From Luteitalea sp. (GTDB lineage Bacteria; Acidobacteriota; Vicinamibacteria; Vicinamibacterales; CAVVIG01): a stretch of DNA of 63,364 nt. The DNA lies in NCBI GenBank assembly GCA_009380045.1, contig WHSN01000005.1, positions 1 to 63,364 on the forward strand. The letters are read 5' to 3'. Positions 35,026 to 47,263 of the stretch are shown piece after piece; the first letter of the stretch is position 1; the number at the start of each line of letters is the position of its first letter. A program made the translations under genes and the position numbers. The notes beneath the pieces were generated by a model. That model worked only from the letters and a program-made list of their open reading frames with translations. It did not search any database and was not told the origin of the DNA.

Positions 35026-35765
35026 GTTTTGTCCCCGTCGGTGAGGAGCGCGTGCGCGGCCGCGTCAGCGGCGTCCCCGGTGGTCCGCCGCTCCGTCCGC
35101 CGTGCGTAGATGAACGAGATGGAAAAAATCACCACGATGAGGCCGAGCGAGAGCCATTTCGGCACCTCGAATCCGATGTAGCCGGCCGAATGGAGATACT
35201 CGATCAACAGCTTGATGCCGACCCAGGCGATGATGATGAATGCGCCGTCGACGAGCGGCGGATAGCGTTCGACAATCGCGAGCAGCTGGCCGATCACCAG
35301 GCGCATCATCACGATGCCAAGGATGCCGCCGGTAAGAATCACCCAGAGCTTCGGTGACATGGCGACCGCCACCAGGATGGAATCGATCGCGAACACGATG
35401 TCGGTCAGCTCGACCTTCACCACGGTGGCCCAGAACGCCGTCAGGCCCAGCATCGGCATCGCCTTCGGCGGCGTCCGCCGGGCCTCTCCTCCACCGTGCT
35501 GCGCGAAATGGTGGACCGCCAGATAGAGCAGGTATCCGGCGCCGGCCAGCTTCACCCAATTTACACGGATCAGGTAGGCGGCCAGCAGGGTGGCGAGCGC
35601 GCGGAACACGAACGCGCCGATAATTCCGTACTGCAGAGCTTGTTTCTGATCCTTCTTCGGCAAGCCGAGCACCAGCACCGCGAGGACCATCGCGTTGTCG
35701 GCGCTCAGCAGCCCTTCGAGAAGAACCAAGAGCACAATCGTGACGACGTCGGTCGGCTCAATCAC
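35022..35765 (-). CDS. TerC family integral membrane protein
   Basis: LEGLLSADNAMVLAVLV and ELTDIVFAIDSILVAVAM are the duplicated TerC signature. Confidence 0.9.
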   Translation of the reverse strand: MIEPTDVVTIVLLVLLEGLLSADNAMVLAVLVLGLPKKDQKQALQYGIIGAFVFRALATLLAAYLIRVNWVKLAGAGYLLYLAVHHFAQHGGGEARRTPPKAMPMLGLTAFWATVVKVELTDIVFAIDSILVAVAMSPKLWVILTGGILGIVMMRLVIGQLLAIVERYPPLVDGAFIIIAWVGIKLLIEYLHSAGYIGFEVPKWLSLGLIVVIFSISFIYARRTERRTTGDAADAAAHALLTDGDKT

Positions 35766-35815
35766 GCCACCAAGTATAACGACGCACCTTCACACGACTC
35801 GTATCAAGGTGTATA

Positions 35816-36163
35816 TTGAGAGGCGTGGACGAGGACGTCTACTTCATCAGCGTCGCCGCGCGCATGCTGGGCATGCACCCGCAGACCTTGCGCAAGTACG
35901 AACGTCTCGGCCTGGTGCAGCCCAGTCGAACGCTCGGCAGCATGCGCCTGTACTCGCGAGAGGAGCTCGAGCGGATCAAAGTCATCAGACGCCTGGTCGA
36001 CGACGCGGGCATCAACCTGGCGGGCGTGCAGCGGCTGATGTCGGTCGCCGAGGTGGTGCAGCGGATCCGCCCGCTGATGCGCGACGAGCCGCTCTCGGCC
36101 CGTGAGAACCGGCGGCTGGTGCACGAGCTCGATCAACTCGCCCGGTTGCTGGGATTCGACTAG
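35816..36163 (+). CDS. hspR: MerR-family heat-shock repressor HspR
   Basis: YFISVAARMLGMHPQTLRKYERLGLVQPSRTLGSMRLYSREELERIKVIRRLV matches the HspR HTH. Followed by a J-protein gene and clpB. TTG start at 35816 (GTG 35825 is the alternative). Confidence 0.8.
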   Translation: MRGVDEDVYFISVAARMLGMHPQTLRKYERLGLVQPSRTLGSMRLYSREELERIKVIRRLVDDAGINLAGVQRLMSVAEVVQRIRPLMRDEPLSARENRRLVHELDQLARLLGFD

Positions 36164-36216
36164 AGACGCGGACCGCGGGTTCCAGCTGTGGAATCCCGGG
36201 CCGCCATCCGTGAGAT

Positions 36217-37206
36217 ATGGACTTCAAGGACTATTACGCGGCGCTGGGCCTGCCAAAGACCGCAACCGACAAGGAGATCAAGCAGGCCTATCGGAAGATG
36301 GCCCGCAAGCATCATCCCGACGTGAACCCGGGAGACAAGTCGGCCGAGTCGCGTTTCAAGGACATCAACGAGGCGTACGAGGTGCTCGGCGACCCCGAGA
36401 AGCGGAAGAAGTACGACGAGCTCGGATCGAACTGGCGTGCCTACGAACAGGCCGGCGGTCCGGGGCCGCAATACCGCCCGCCGGCCCAGAGCGGCGGCTT
36501 TCGCACCATGACCGAGGACGAGATGCGCGAGATGTTCGGAGACAGCGATCCGTTCTCCGACTTCTTCCATACCTTCTTCGGCGGGGCGGCAGGACCGGCG
36601 GGAGCCGATGATGCATTCTCGTCGACCGGGCGTCGAGCGCGCGGCTCACGCGCCCGGGCGGCGCGCCAGGGGCGCGACGTCGAGCAGGAGATCGAGCTCG
36701 GGCTCGAAGATGCCTTGAACGGCGCGACGCGCCGTCTGGCGATCAGCTACAACGGCCAGGCGCACACCGTCGACGTGCGGATTCCGGCGGGGGTCGGGGA
36801 CGGCTCGCGCGTCCGGATCAGCGGCGAAGGCGAGCAGGGCGCCGGCGGCGGGAAGTCGGGCGATCTCTACCTGCGCATCCGGCTCGCGCCGCATCCCCGG
36901 TTCGAGCGCAAGGGCAAGGACCTGTACACCCGCGTGCCGGTGCCGGTGATGACGGCGGTGCTCGGCGGCGAGGCGGACGTGCTGACGCTCGGCGGCAAGT
37001 CGCTCCGGCTCAAGATTCCGCCGACGACGCAGAACGCCCAGGTCTTCCGGCTGAAGGGCCATGGCATGCCGACCGCGAATCGCCCCGACGAGACCGGCGA
37101 TCTGTACGCGACGGTCGACGTCCAGCTGCCGCGGGAGCTGACCGCTGAACAGCGAGCCCATTTCGAGGCGCTCGCCAGGTTGGATAAAGACTCGAGTCAA
37201 AGGTAG
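36217..37206 (+). CDS. cbpA: DnaJ-class co-chaperone without zinc finger (CbpA-like)
   Basis: J domain DYYAALGLPKTATDKEIKQAYRKMARKHHPDVNP. No CxxCxGxG repeats. C-terminal domains: GSRVRISGEGE..GGKSGDLYLRIRL. Confidence 0.85.
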   Translation: MDFKDYYAALGLPKTATDKEIKQAYRKMARKHHPDVNPGDKSAESRFKDINEAYEVLGDPEKRKKYDELGSNWRAYEQAGGPGPQYRPPAQSGGFRTMTEDEMREMFGDSDPFSDFFHTFFGGAAGPAGADDAFSSTGRRARGSRARAARQGRDVEQEIELGLEDALNGATRRLAISYNGQAHTVDVRIPAGVGDGSRVRISGEGEQGAGGGKSGDLYLRIRLAPHPRFERKGKDLYTRVPVPVMTAVLGGEADVLTLGGKSLRLKIPPTTQNAQVFRLKGHGMPTANRPDETGDLYATVDVQLPRELTAEQRAHFEALARLDKDSSQR

Positions 37207-37212
37207 CGGACG

Positions 37213-39825
37213 ATGAACATCAACAAGTACACGGAGAAAGCGCGTGAAGCGGTGGCGGCGGCGATCGAGCTCGCGCAGCAGGCGAACAACCCGCAACTCG
37301 AACCCGAGCATCTGCTCGTCGCCCTCGTCGAACAGCGTGACGGCATCGTGCCGGAGCTGCTCCGCAAGATCGGCGCCGATCCGGCAGCGACCGGACGGGC
37401 CGCGCGGGAGCTTCTCGCCAGAATGCCGCAGGCGTACGGCGGCTCGCAGCCGGGGATGTCGCCGCGGCTGAAGCTGGTGACCGACCAGGCGCAGGCCGAG
37501 GCCGACCGGCTGACCGATGAGTTCGTCAGCACCGAGCATCTCTTCGTCGCCATCGCCGACGAGAGCGGCCGCTCCCCCGCCGCGCAGGTGCTGAAGCAGA
37601 ACGGCATCACGCGGGATCGCATCTTCCAGGCGTTGACCACCGTGCGAGGCTCGCAGCGGGTGACCACCGAGAACCCTGAAGCGACGTACCAGGCGCTCGA
37701 GCGCTACGGGCGCGACCTGACCGAGCTGGCGCGCAAGGGCAAGCTGGATCCGGTGATCGGACGCGACGAGGAAATCCGGCGGGTCATTCAGGTGTTGTCC
37801 CGGCGGACGAAGAACAACCCGGTTCTCATCGGCGAGCCGGGCGTCGGCAAGACCGCCATCGTCGAGGGCCTGGCCGGCCGCATCATTCGCGGCGACGTGC
37901 CGGAAGGCCTGAAGAACAAGCGGATCGTGGCGCTCGACATGGGATCGCTCGTCGCCGGCGCCAAGTATCGCGGCGAGTTCGAGGAGCGGCTGAAAGCGGT
38001 CCTCAAGGAGATCGCCGACGCCCAGGGAAAAGTGATTCTCTTCATCGACGAGCTCCATACCGTGGTCGGCGCCGGCGCCGCGGAGGGATCGATGGACGCG
38101 TCGAACATGCTGAAGCCGATGCTGGCCCGTGGAGAGCTGCACACCGTTGGCGCCACCACCCTCGACGAGTATCGCAAGTACATCGAGAAGGACGCCGCGC
38201 TCGAACGGCGGTTTCAGACGGTGTTCGTCGGCGAGCCGACGGTCGAGGACACGATCAGCATTCTCCGCGGCCTCCGCGAGCGATACGAGATTCACCACGG
38301 GGTGAAGTTCAAGGACGCGGCGCTGGTGGCGGCCGCGGTGCTGTCCCACCGCTACATCTCGGACCGGTTCCTGCCGGACAAGGCCATCGATCTGGTCGAC
38401 GAGGCCGCATCGAAGCTGCGGATGGAGATCGATTCGATGCCGGTCGAGCTCGACGAGATCGAGCGCCGCATCATGCAGCTCGAGATCGAGCGCGAAGCCC
38501 TTCGCAAGGAAACCGACAAGGCGTCGGTCGAGCGGCTCGGCAAGCTCGACCAGGAGCTGGCCGACCTGAAAGAGGAACGCACCGGCTTGGCATCCCATTG
38601 GCAGCAGGAGAAGGAGGCGATTCAGCAGGGCCGGACCCTGAAAGAGGAGCTCGAGTCGGTGCGCCTGCAGATCGAGCAGGCGCAGCGCGCCGGCGACTAT
38701 ACCAAGGCATCCGAGCTGCAGTACGGGAGGATGCCCCAGCTCGAGAAGCGCATCAGGGACGAGGAGGCGCAGCTTTCCCAGGTGCAGAGCGGTCACCGCA
38801 TGCTGAAAGAAGAGGTCGACGAGGAGGACATCGCGGAGGTGGTGAGCAAGTGGACCCACATCCCGGTCAGCCGGCTCGTCGAAGGGGAGATTCAGAAGCT
38901 GATTCACATGGAGGAGCGTCTCCACCAGCGGGTGATCGGTCAGGACGAGGCGATCGTCGCCGTCGCCAACGCCATTCGCCGCGCCCGCGCCGGCCTGCAG
39001 GATCCGAACCGGCCGCTCGGCAGCTTCCTGTTCCTGGGACCGACCGGAGTCGGCAAGACCGAGCTCGCCCGCGCGCTGGCCGAGTTCCTGTTCGACGACG
39101 AGCATTCAATGATCCGCATCGACATGTCCGAGTACCAGGAGAAGCACACCGTCTCGAGGATGATCGGTGCGCCTCCCGGATACGTCGGCTACGAAGAGGC
39201 CGGCCAGCTGACCGAAGCGGTGCGGCGCCGTCCCTACGCGGTGGTGCTGTTCGACGAGGTCGAGAAGGCCCATGCGGACGTCCTCAACGTGCTGCTGCAG
39301 CTGCTCGACGATGGCCGGCTCACCGACGGCAAGGGGCGGACCGTCGACTTCAAGAATACGGTCGTCATCATGACCTCGAATCTTGGCAGCCAGTTCATCG
39401 CCGACCAGGCCACGGCGGAAGGTGGCGCGCTCGACGAGGGCACGCGGCGACAGGTGCTCGACGTCCTCAGGGCGCACTTCCGGCCCGAGTTCCTGAACCG
39501 GATTGACGACGTGATCTTCTTCCACGCGCTTGGCCGCGAGCACCTGAAGCGGATCGTCGACATCCAGGTCGCGGCGCTCGTCAGGAGGCTCGAACAGCGG
39601 AAGATTCACGTGCGGCTGACCGAGGCGACGAAGGAGCAGCTGGTCAGGGAAGGCTACGATCCGACGTACGGAGCCCGTCCGCTCAAGCGGACGATTCAGC
39701 GCCGCGTGCTCGATCCGCTCGCCCTGCGCGTGCTCGAGGGCGACTTCGGCGAAGGCGACACCGTGGTGGTGGACGCGCGCGATGGCGCGCTCACGTTCGA
39801 GAAGCAGCAGGCCGTGGAGGCATAA
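37213..39825 (+). CDS. clpB: ATP-dependent chaperone ClpB
   Basis: 870 aa. Two AAA+ modules ([15 protein letters not shown]; [19 protein letters not shown]) with the long middle coiled-coil characteristic of ClpB. Confidence 0.97.
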   Translation: MNINKYTEKAREAVAAAIELAQQANNPQLEPEHLLVALVEQRDGIVPELLRKIGADPAATGRAARELLARMPQAYGGSQPGMSPRLKLVTDQAQAEADRLTDEFVSTEHLFVAIADESGRSPAAQVLKQNGITRDRIFQALTTVRGSQRVTTENPEATYQALERYGRDLTELARKGKLDPVIGRDEEIRRVIQVLSRRTKNNPVLIGEPGVGKTAIVEGLAGRIIRGDVPEGLKNKRIVALDMGSLVAGAKYRGEFEERLKAVLKEIADAQGKVILFIDELHTVVGAGAAEGSMDASNMLKPMLARGELHTVGATTLDEYRKYIEKDAALERRFQTVFVGEPTVEDTISILRGLRERYEIHHGVKFKDAALVAAAVLSHRYISDRFLPDKAIDLVDEAASKLRMEIDSMPVELDEIERRIMQLEIEREALRKETDKASVERLGKLDQELADLKEERTGLASHWQQEKEAIQQGRTLKEELESVRLQIEQAQRAGDYTKASELQYGRMPQLEKRIRDEEAQLSQVQSGHRMLKEEVDEEDIAEVVSKWTHIPVSRLVEGEIQKLIHMEERLHQRVIGQDEAIVAVANAIRRARAGLQDPNRPLGSFLFLGPTGVGKTELARALAEFLFDDEHSMIRIDMSEYQEKHTVSRMIGAPPGYVGYEEAGQLTEAVRRRPYAVVLFDEVEKAHADVLNVLLQLLDDGRLTDGKGRTVDFKNTVVIMTSNLGSQFIADQATAEGGALDEGTRRQVLDVLRAHFRPEFLNRIDDVIFFHALGREHLKRIVDIQVAALVRRLEQRKIHVRLTEATKEQLVREGYDPTYGARPLKRTIQRRVLDPLALRVLEGDFGEGDTVVVDARDGALTFEKQQAVEA

Positions 39826-39835
39826 TGGGATCGTA

Positions 39836-41761
39836 ATGGCTGCTCCCAAACCGACCTCACGATTCAACCCCAGGGGCGGCGACCGCCGCGGCCCACGGCA
39901 GGTCGGTGGCCGTCCCGGTTCGTCGCTGTGGTACGGGCTGGCCTTCCTGTTCCTCCTCGGCCTCGCTCAGATGTATTACCTGGCGCCGTCCGGGCGTCCG
40001 GTTCCCTACAGTGAGTTCAAACAGCTGTTGAAGGACGGCGCCGTCGCCGACGTGACGGTCGGCGACCAGGTGATCCGCGGCACGCTGAACCAGCCCGCCG
40101 GCGGCGATGCCCGGCAGTCGACGCAGTTCACAACCACTCGCGTCGACGATCCGAAGCTCACCGAGGAGCTCGAGGCTCGCGGCGTGAAGTACAGCGGCGA
40201 GCTCGTCAACCGCTGGCTGCCAGAGCTGCTCGGCTGGATCATCCCCCTCCTCTTCTTTGTCGCGATCTGGGCCTTCCTCTTCCGCCGCATGGGTGGCGCC
40301 GAAGGCGGCGTGATGTCGTTCGCGCGCAGCCGCGGCAAGGTGTACGCGGACGACGAGGTGAAAGTCCGGTTCACCGATGTCGCCGGCGTCGACGAAGCGC
40401 GCGAGGAGCTTGCGGAGATCGTCGAGTTTCTGAAGAACCCGAAGAAATACACCAATCTCGGCGGACGCATCCCGAAGGGTGTGCTGCTCGTCGGGCCGCC
40501 CGGAACCGGCAAGACGCTGCTGGCTCGTGCCGTCGCCGGCGAAGCGCACGTACCGTTCTTCAGCCTGAGCGGATCCGAGTTCGTCGAGATGTTCGTCGGC
40601 GTCGGCGCCGCGCGCATCCGCGATCTCTTCCAGCAGGCCGACGTCAAGGCCCCCTGCATCGTCTTCATCGACGAGCTCGATGCGCTCGGCAAGGCGCGCG
40701 TGCAGAGCCCGATCGGCAGCCACGAGGAGCGGGAGCAGACGCTCAACCAGCTGCTGGCGGAGATGGACGGCTTCGACTCGCGCAAAGGCGTGATCATCAT
40801 GGGCGCCACCAACCGGCCCGAGGTCCTCGACTCGGCACTGCTTCGTCCCGGCCGCTTCGACCGGCAGGTGCTGGTCGACAAGCCGGATGTGAAGGGGCGC
40901 GAGGACATCCTCCGGATCCACACCAAGACCGTGAAGACCGGCGCCGACGTGAACCTGAAGGTGATCGCCGCCCGGACCGCCGGCTTCGCGGGCGCCGATC
41001 TGGCGAACCTCGTGAACGAAGCGGCGCTGCTCGCCGCCAGGGGGGACAAGGAGGCGGTCGGTCCCAAGGACTTCGACATGGCGATCGATCGGCTGGTCGC
41101 GGGCCTCGAAAAGAAGCGTGTGATGAGCACCAAGGAGCGCGCGATTGTCGCGTATCACGAGTCTGGTCACGCCATTGTCGCCACTGTGCTGCCCGGGCTC
41201 GACCCGGTGCACAAGATCTCGATCGTGCAGCGTGGATTCGGGGCGCTCGGCTACACGATGCAGCTGCCGCTCGAGGATCGGTATCTGATGACGCGCCAGG
41301 ACCTGCTCAGCCAGCTCGCCGTGCTCCTGGCCGGACGGACGGCAGAAGAGATTGCGCTCGACGAAATCTCCACCGGCGCGCAGAACGACCTCCAGCGCGC
41401 CACCGACATCGCGCGTGCGATGGTCACCGAGTTCGGCATGAGCGAGACGCTCGGCGCGATCAACTACGACGGCAACAAGCGTGCGCGGTTCCTGGACATG
41501 CCGATGCCGGCGGATCGCAGCATGTACGGCGACGACACGGCACGACTGATCGACGCCGAGATCAAGCGCATCCTGACCGACGCCCACGAGACCGCGAGGA
41601 CGGTCCTGACCGACAACCGCGAGAAGCTCGAAGCGGTGACCCGGCGCCTGCTGCAGGTGGAAGTGATGGAAGGCGACGAGCTTCGGCAGTTGATGGGAGT
41701 GACGCCGGCTCACCAGGAGCCGTCGCCCGACTCGACGCCACTGCCGCCGACCATGGACTAG
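39836..41761 (+). CDS. ftsH: ATP-dependent zinc metalloprotease FtsH
   Basis: Two N-terminal TM segments. AAA module [21 protein letters not shown]. Protease motif HESGHAIV. Starts 10 nt after the clpB stop. Confidence 0.95.
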   Translation: MAAPKPTSRFNPRGGDRRGPRQVGGRPGSSLWYGLAFLFLLGLAQMYYLAPSGRPVPYSEFKQLLKDGAVADVTVGDQVIRGTLNQPAGGDARQSTQFTTTRVDDPKLTEELEARGVKYSGELVNRWLPELLGWIIPLLFFVAIWAFLFRRMGGAEGGVMSFARSRGKVYADDEVKVRFTDVAGVDEAREELAEIVEFLKNPKKYTNLGGRIPKGVLLVGPPGTGKTLLARAVAGEAHVPFFSLSGSEFVEMFVGVGAARIRDLFQQADVKAPCIVFIDELDALGKARVQSPIGSHEEREQTLNQLLAEMDGFDSRKGVIIMGATNRPEVLDSALLRPGRFDRQVLVDKPDVKGREDILRIHTKTVKTGADVNLKVIAARTAGFAGADLANLVNEAALLAARGDKEAVGPKDFDMAIDRLVAGLEKKRVMSTKERAIVAYHESGHAIVATVLPGLDPVHKISIVQRGFGALGYTMQLPLEDRYLMTRQDLLSQLAVLLAGRTAEEIALDEISTGAQNDLQRATDIARAMVTEFGMSETLGAINYDGNKRARFLDMPMPADRSMYGDDTARLIDAEIKRILTDAHETARTVLTDNREKLEAVTRRLLQVEVMEGDELRQLMGVTPAHQEPSPDSTPLPPTMD

Positions 41762-41829
41762 TCCCTCTCCCGGGCTGTTTCAGTATCGGCCGGTCACGTC
41801 GATCGATCACCGCCGCGCGCAGGTCTGCA

Positions 41830-43017
41830 TCACTCCAACCCCGTCTCCGGAACCGCGCGGGAGCCGACGTCCGCAGCGCCCCAGAACGTGAGCGCGAGGA
41901 AGGCGGTGATCACCTGCACCACGATCACCAGTGCGACCGACGCTCCCCACCCGCCGCGCGCCCAGAACACGGCGGGGAGAGCCGCGCCGAGGCTTCCCCC
42001 CAGATAGTAGAACGTCGAATACAGACCGACCGCCAGGCCGCGATCCTCCCGGGTGACGGCGCCGATGTAGCTGCTGGCGGTCGCCTGCGAGATGAAGACG
42101 CCGGTCGCGACCAGCGCCAGGCCGGCGACGATCGATGTCAGCGAGGCGCCAAGCGTCAGCACGGCGCCGACGATGCCGATGGCGACACCGGAGGCGAGAC
42201 CGGCGCGATGTCCCCGGGCGTCGATCCACCGACCGGCGAGGGGCGTGACCGCCGCCCCGACCAGATACACCACGAACAACCAGCCGAGCGCCGCGGTGCC
42301 CAATCCGTAGCGTGGCCCGCTCAGATGGAACGTGACGTAGGTAAACATCGCGACCTGGGAGAACAGCACACAGAATCCGACCAGGTCGGTCGCAACCAGC
42401 TGCCGGTTCGAGAGCAGCCGGATCGCCGACCGGCGATGACCGCCGCCGCCTGGCGCCGAACGTGGAACGACTTCCCGCGGCAGCCACGCCGCCAGCGCGA
42501 ACGCCGCCGCCACGTTCACGACCGCCAGACAGACAAAGGCCGTCTGCCAGGTGACGCGCGACGCGAGGAGGCCGACGAGCGCGCGCCCGCAGAAGCCGCC
42601 GGTCACGGTGCCGCTGATGTAGGCGGCAGTCGCCCGGCCGACATGCGACGGCGGCCACTCGTCGTGAATGTACGCGATCGTGGTCGCGAACACGCCGGGC
42701 GTGGCGAGCCCCTGCAGGAATCGCCAGGCGACCAGTTGCGGCAGGCTGTCGGCGGTCGCCGCCAGCAGCGTCGCCACCGCCAGGAGAAAGGCCGACGCCA
42801 CGATCACCCGCTTGCGGCCCACGAGATCGGCCAACCGCCCGACGGCGGGGGCCGCCACCGCCACGGCGACTGTCGATGCGGTGATGGTCAGGCTGACGGC
42901 GAAGTGGGTGGCCGAGAACACGCGCATCAGCAGCGGCAACAGCGGTTGAGTCGCGTAGAGGTCGAGGAAAGCGGTGAAACCGGCGAGAACGATCGGAAAG
43001 GTGCGGGACGGCCCCAC
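41830..43017 (-). CDS. MFS transporter
   Basis: 12-TM style sequence with GRLADLVGRKRV (MFS motif A). GTG start chosen at 43017 (VGPSRTFPIVLAGFTAFLDLYATQPLLP). The upstream part of the 570-aa ORF is a shadow. Confidence 0.85.
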   Translation of the reverse strand: MGPSRTFPIVLAGFTAFLDLYATQPLLPLLMRVFSATHFAVSLTITASTVAVAVAAPAVGRLADLVGRKRVIVASAFLLAVATLLAATADSLPQLVAWRFLQGLATPGVFATTIAYIHDEWPPSHVGRATAAYISGTVTGGFCGRALVGLLASRVTWQTAFVCLAVVNVAAAFALAAWLPREVVPRSAPGGGGHRRSAIRLLSNRQLVATDLVGFCVLFSQVAMFTYVTFHLSGPRYGLGTAALGWLFVVYLVGAAVTPLAGRWIDARGHRAGLASGVAIGIVGAVLTLGASLTSIVAGLALVATGVFISQATASSYIGAVTREDRGLAVGLYSTFYYLGGSLGAALPAVFWARGGWGASVALVIVVQVITAFLALTFWGAADVGSRAVPETGLE

Positions 43018-43167
43018 GTCAGCTAGGACCAGTCCAAAACGGGAAGCGCACGCAACCTTCGAGCCTGCATGACACCGATCGACGCTCGGCGAAGACGTGC
43101 CGCCGGCGAGCGCCGTGGCACGCAGGCCGGGGTCACGGGACGACCGGTGCGATATATAGTTGACCGC

Positions 43168-44403
43168 ATGAAGCTCAGAAATATCGCCGCGGTGGGCGGG
43201 CTGTTGCTGTTCGCGCTGACCGCGACGCCCCGGTCGCAAGGCACAGCCAAGGTGTTCACCGGCATGCGCCTCATCGACGGCACCGATGCGCCGCCGGTCG
43301 CGAACGCCACCATTGTCGTCCAGGACGGACGGATTGTCGCGGCCGGCGCCGCCAACGCGGTGACGGTTCCGCCGAACGCGGAGCGGATTTCGCTTGCGGG
43401 CAAGACGGTCACGCCAGGCCTGATCAACGCGCACGGTCACGCCAACAACGCCGGGCGCGATCTCGAGGTCTACGCCGCCTACGGCGTCACGACGGTGTTC
43501 AGCCTCGGGGGTGAATCGGAGGCGGTCATGGCGGCGCGGCACATGCCGATCCCGGTTGATCGCGCGCGTGTGTTCGGCGCCGGACCGGTGCTCGCACCGA
43601 GCTCACCCGAGGAGGCGCGGCGGCAGGTGGCCCAGACGGCGGCGATGAAGGTGGACCTGATCAAGATTCGCGTCGACGACAACCTCGGAACAACCGCCAA
43701 GATGCGTCCGGACGTCTACCGCGCCGTGATCGACGAGGCGCACAAGCGGGGGCTTCGGGTGGCCGCGCACCTCTTCTACCTGTCCGATGCGACCGACCTG
43801 CTTGACGCCGGCGCCGACCTGATCGCCCACAGCGTTCGGGACGCAGCCGTCAGCCCGGATCTCATCGCCACGCTGAAGGCCAAGGGGGTCTGCGTCTGCC
43901 CGACGTTGATGCGCGAAGTCTCGACCTTCGTCTATGAAACGGTGCCGCCGTTCTTCTCCGATCCCCTGTTTGTGAAGTATGCCGACGCGACGCAGGTGAA
44001 GACGTTGCAGGAGCCGGCGCGGCAGCAGGCGATGCGCACCAGCCCCAGCGCCCGGCGATACAAAGCCGCGCTCGAGGTCGCGAGCAGGAATCTCAAGGCG
44101 CTGTCGGATGGCGGCGTGACGATCGCGATGGGAACCGACACCGGTCCGGCCGGCCGCTTCCAGGGCTACTTCGAGCTGATGGAGCTCGAGCTGATGGTGA
44201 AGGCCGGGCTCACCCCGAAGCAGACGCTGCTGTCAGCCACCCGGGACGCAGCGCGGTGCATGAAGGTGGACCAGGATCTCGGCACGCTTCAACCAGGGCG
44301 ATGGGCCGACATGGTCGTCGTCGATGCCGATCCGCTCGCCGACATCCGGGCGATGCGACAGATCAGCGACGTCTACATCGGCGGAAACCGGGTGAATAGA
44401 TGA
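43168..44403 (+). CDS. amidohydrolase family protein (exported)
   Basis: Signal MKLRNIAAVGGLLLFALTA. Metal-binding GLINAHGHA, ..AAHLF.., ..IAHSV.., ..GTDTG. Confidence 0.85.
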   Translation: MKLRNIAAVGGLLLFALTATPRSQGTAKVFTGMRLIDGTDAPPVANATIVVQDGRIVAAGAANAVTVPPNAERISLAGKTVTPGLINAHGHANNAGRDLEVYAAYGVTTVFSLGGESEAVMAARHMPIPVDRARVFGAGPVLAPSSPEEARRQVAQTAAMKVDLIKIRVDDNLGTTAKMRPDVYRAVIDEAHKRGLRVAAHLFYLSDATDLLDAGADLIAHSVRDAAVSPDLIATLKAKGVCVCPTLMREVSTFVYETVPPFFSDPLFVKYADATQVKTLQEPARQQAMRTSPSARRYKAALEVASRNLKALSDGGVTIAMGTDTGPAGRFQGYFELMELELMVKAGLTPKQTLLSATRDAARCMKVDQDLGTLQPGRWADMVVVDADPLADIRAMRQISDVYIGGNRVNR

Positions 44404-44409
44404 TTTAGT

Positions 44410-45051
44410 CTAGATGTCTTTCGCCTGTACAACGTGAACTCCCCCAGGCGCCGTTTTTCCCTTGGTCAACATCCGCATCGCTAACGTCTTGGCTTCCGTG
44501 ATGAGGCTCTTCCGAGCTCGAGTCGGGAGGAGCTGCGAAAGCGGAACCAGGATCCCGACCGCGATCCTTTCCGCGAAACGGAATTCGTGGCGAGGGCCAA
44601 CCAACAGTGCAGGTTTGAAGATGATTAGGGAGCGAAGCCCAAGAGCTCTTACATCGATTTCAGTCCGGCCCTTGACCTGATTGTAAAAGAACATCGAGCT
44701 CGCGTTCGCGCCCATAGCGGAAACGAGCGTGAATGATTTTGCATCGTGCGCCTTCGCGATTGTCGCAAAGGCGACAATGGCGGCGTGATCGACTTTTGCG
44801 AAGCTCTCTTTGCTGCCGGCTGTCTTGATTGTCGTGCCGAGACAAGAGAAGTAAATCTCGCCGCGAATCTTCGATTCAATCGACGGCAACTCGATCAGGT
44901 CGGATAACAGAACCTCTGTCAGTTTTGCATTCGAGATATTCAATGACTTTCGCGAAACGGAGATGACTCTTGTTATCGCCGAATCAGCTAGCAGCTGCCG
45001 AACCAGAAATGAACCCGTAAGGCCTGTGCTGCCGATGAGTGTTGCGATCAT
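44410..45051 (-). CDS. NAD(P)H-binding (atypical SDR, YraR/HTATIP2-like) protein in a lower-GC islet
   Basis: Rossmann motif [21 protein letters not shown]. 213 aa. Visibly lower GC and lower GC3 than neighbours. Confidence 0.8.
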   Translation of the reverse strand: MIATLIGSTGLTGSFLVRQLLADSAITRVISVSRKSLNISNAKLTEVLLSDLIELPSIESKIRGEIYFSCLGTTIKTAGSKESFAKVDHAAIVAFATIAKAHDAKSFTLVSAMGANASSMFFYNQVKGRTEIDVRALGLRSLIIFKPALLVGPRHEFRFAERIAVGILVPLSQLLPTRARKSLITEAKTLAMRMLTKGKTAPGGVHVVQAKDI

Positions 45052-45054
45052 GCG

Positions 45055-45602
45055 TTGAGCTTTTCAATATTCGCGGGTGTCATCCCGAACAGGCCCTTGA
45101 CCAGGCGGCGGGGCCACCGACTCGTTGCGGCGCTATGGCCGGAGCGCGCGCGGGGTGCGCCCGCACGACCACTCGCCCTGCAGCCATTGGCAGACGCATA
45201 CCGTGGTCGCCACATTGCGGCTCGACGGACTGGGCGCGCCGGCGGTCTTGACGGACCGATCGACACGCCGACCTTCCGCGCCTATATCGAGCAAGTGCTG
45301 GTGCCCACGTTGCGGCCCGGCGACGTGGTGGTCCTCGATAACCTCGCGGCGCACAAACAGCCCGAGGTCCGCTCCGCCATCGAAGCCGTCGGCGCCCAGC
45401 TTCGCTTTCTCCCGCCGTACAGTCCCGACTTCAATCCGATCGAACTCGCCTTCGCCAAACTGAAAGCGTTCCTCCGCGCGGCGCGCCCCGGACGTTTGAC
45501 CAGGTCTGTGCGCTGATCGCGGCGGCGCTGGACCTCTTCAGCGCCACCGAATGTCGCAACGTTGTCCGGCACAGCGGCTATCGAGTCGCCACAGGGACAT
45601 GA
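45055..45602 (+). pseudogene. IS630-family transposase remnant (C-terminal half, multiple frameshifts)
   Basis: Three frames together read [31 protein letters not shown] / [62 protein letters not shown] / [29 protein letters not shown]. This is a DDE IS630 layout. The N-terminal half is missing. Confidence 0.8.
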
Positions 45603-45610
45603 AAAACGCC

Positions 45611-45838
45611 CTAGGTGGCTGGCTTGTCACCGCTGCCGGCGACGGCCGCTTCCGCCGCGGCGAAGCCGATCTTCGAGTGGGTGCCGTCGCAGAACGGCTT
45701 GGTGGTCGAGCCGCCGCACCGGCAGAGGGCGAACGGGCGCTTCGCCGGCTGGTACGGGTTGCCGTTCCAATCAACCACCGTCACGTCCTCGCCTTCGACC
45801 AGCAACGGACCGTTCTGCCGCACTCGAATCGTCGTCAT
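45611..45838 (-). CDS. CDGSH iron-sulfur domain-containing protein
   Basis: LCRCGGSTTKPFCDGTHSK is the CDGSH 2Fe-2S motif. 75 aa. Confidence 0.85.
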   Translation of the reverse strand: MTTIRVRQNGPLLVEGEDVTVVDWNGNPYQPAKRPFALCRCGGSTTKPFCDGTHSKIGFAAAEAAVAGSGDKPAT

Positions 45839-45842
45839 TGGC

Positions 45843-47238
<1,396 letters not shown>

Positions 47239-47263
47239 GCTCTTCTGTCGAAAGAATGGTTGA

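Noticed and set aside
35766-35815. yybP-ykoY (Mn) riboswitch upstream of the TerC-family gene
   Set aside because: Only about 50 bp separate the terC-family start from divergent hspR. That is too short for the riboswitch, and no conserved riboswitch core is visible.
35766-35830. HspR operator (HAIR, CTTGAGT-N7-ACTCAAG) upstream of hspR
   Set aside because: Only TCAAG-N7-TTGAG in the wrong (everted) orientation is present. I cannot call it a HAIR site.
36646-39105. Very long minus-strand ORFs opposite clpB and ftsH (36646..39105, 39857..41713). Similar cases lie opposite the M16 peptidase (11002..12732), lctP (23230..25566) and recG (50383..52137).
   Set aside because: These are typical stop-poor antisense frames of GC-rich coding DNA. 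The products are Arg/Gly/His/Pro-rich without motifs, while the opposite strand encodes unmistakable conserved proteins.
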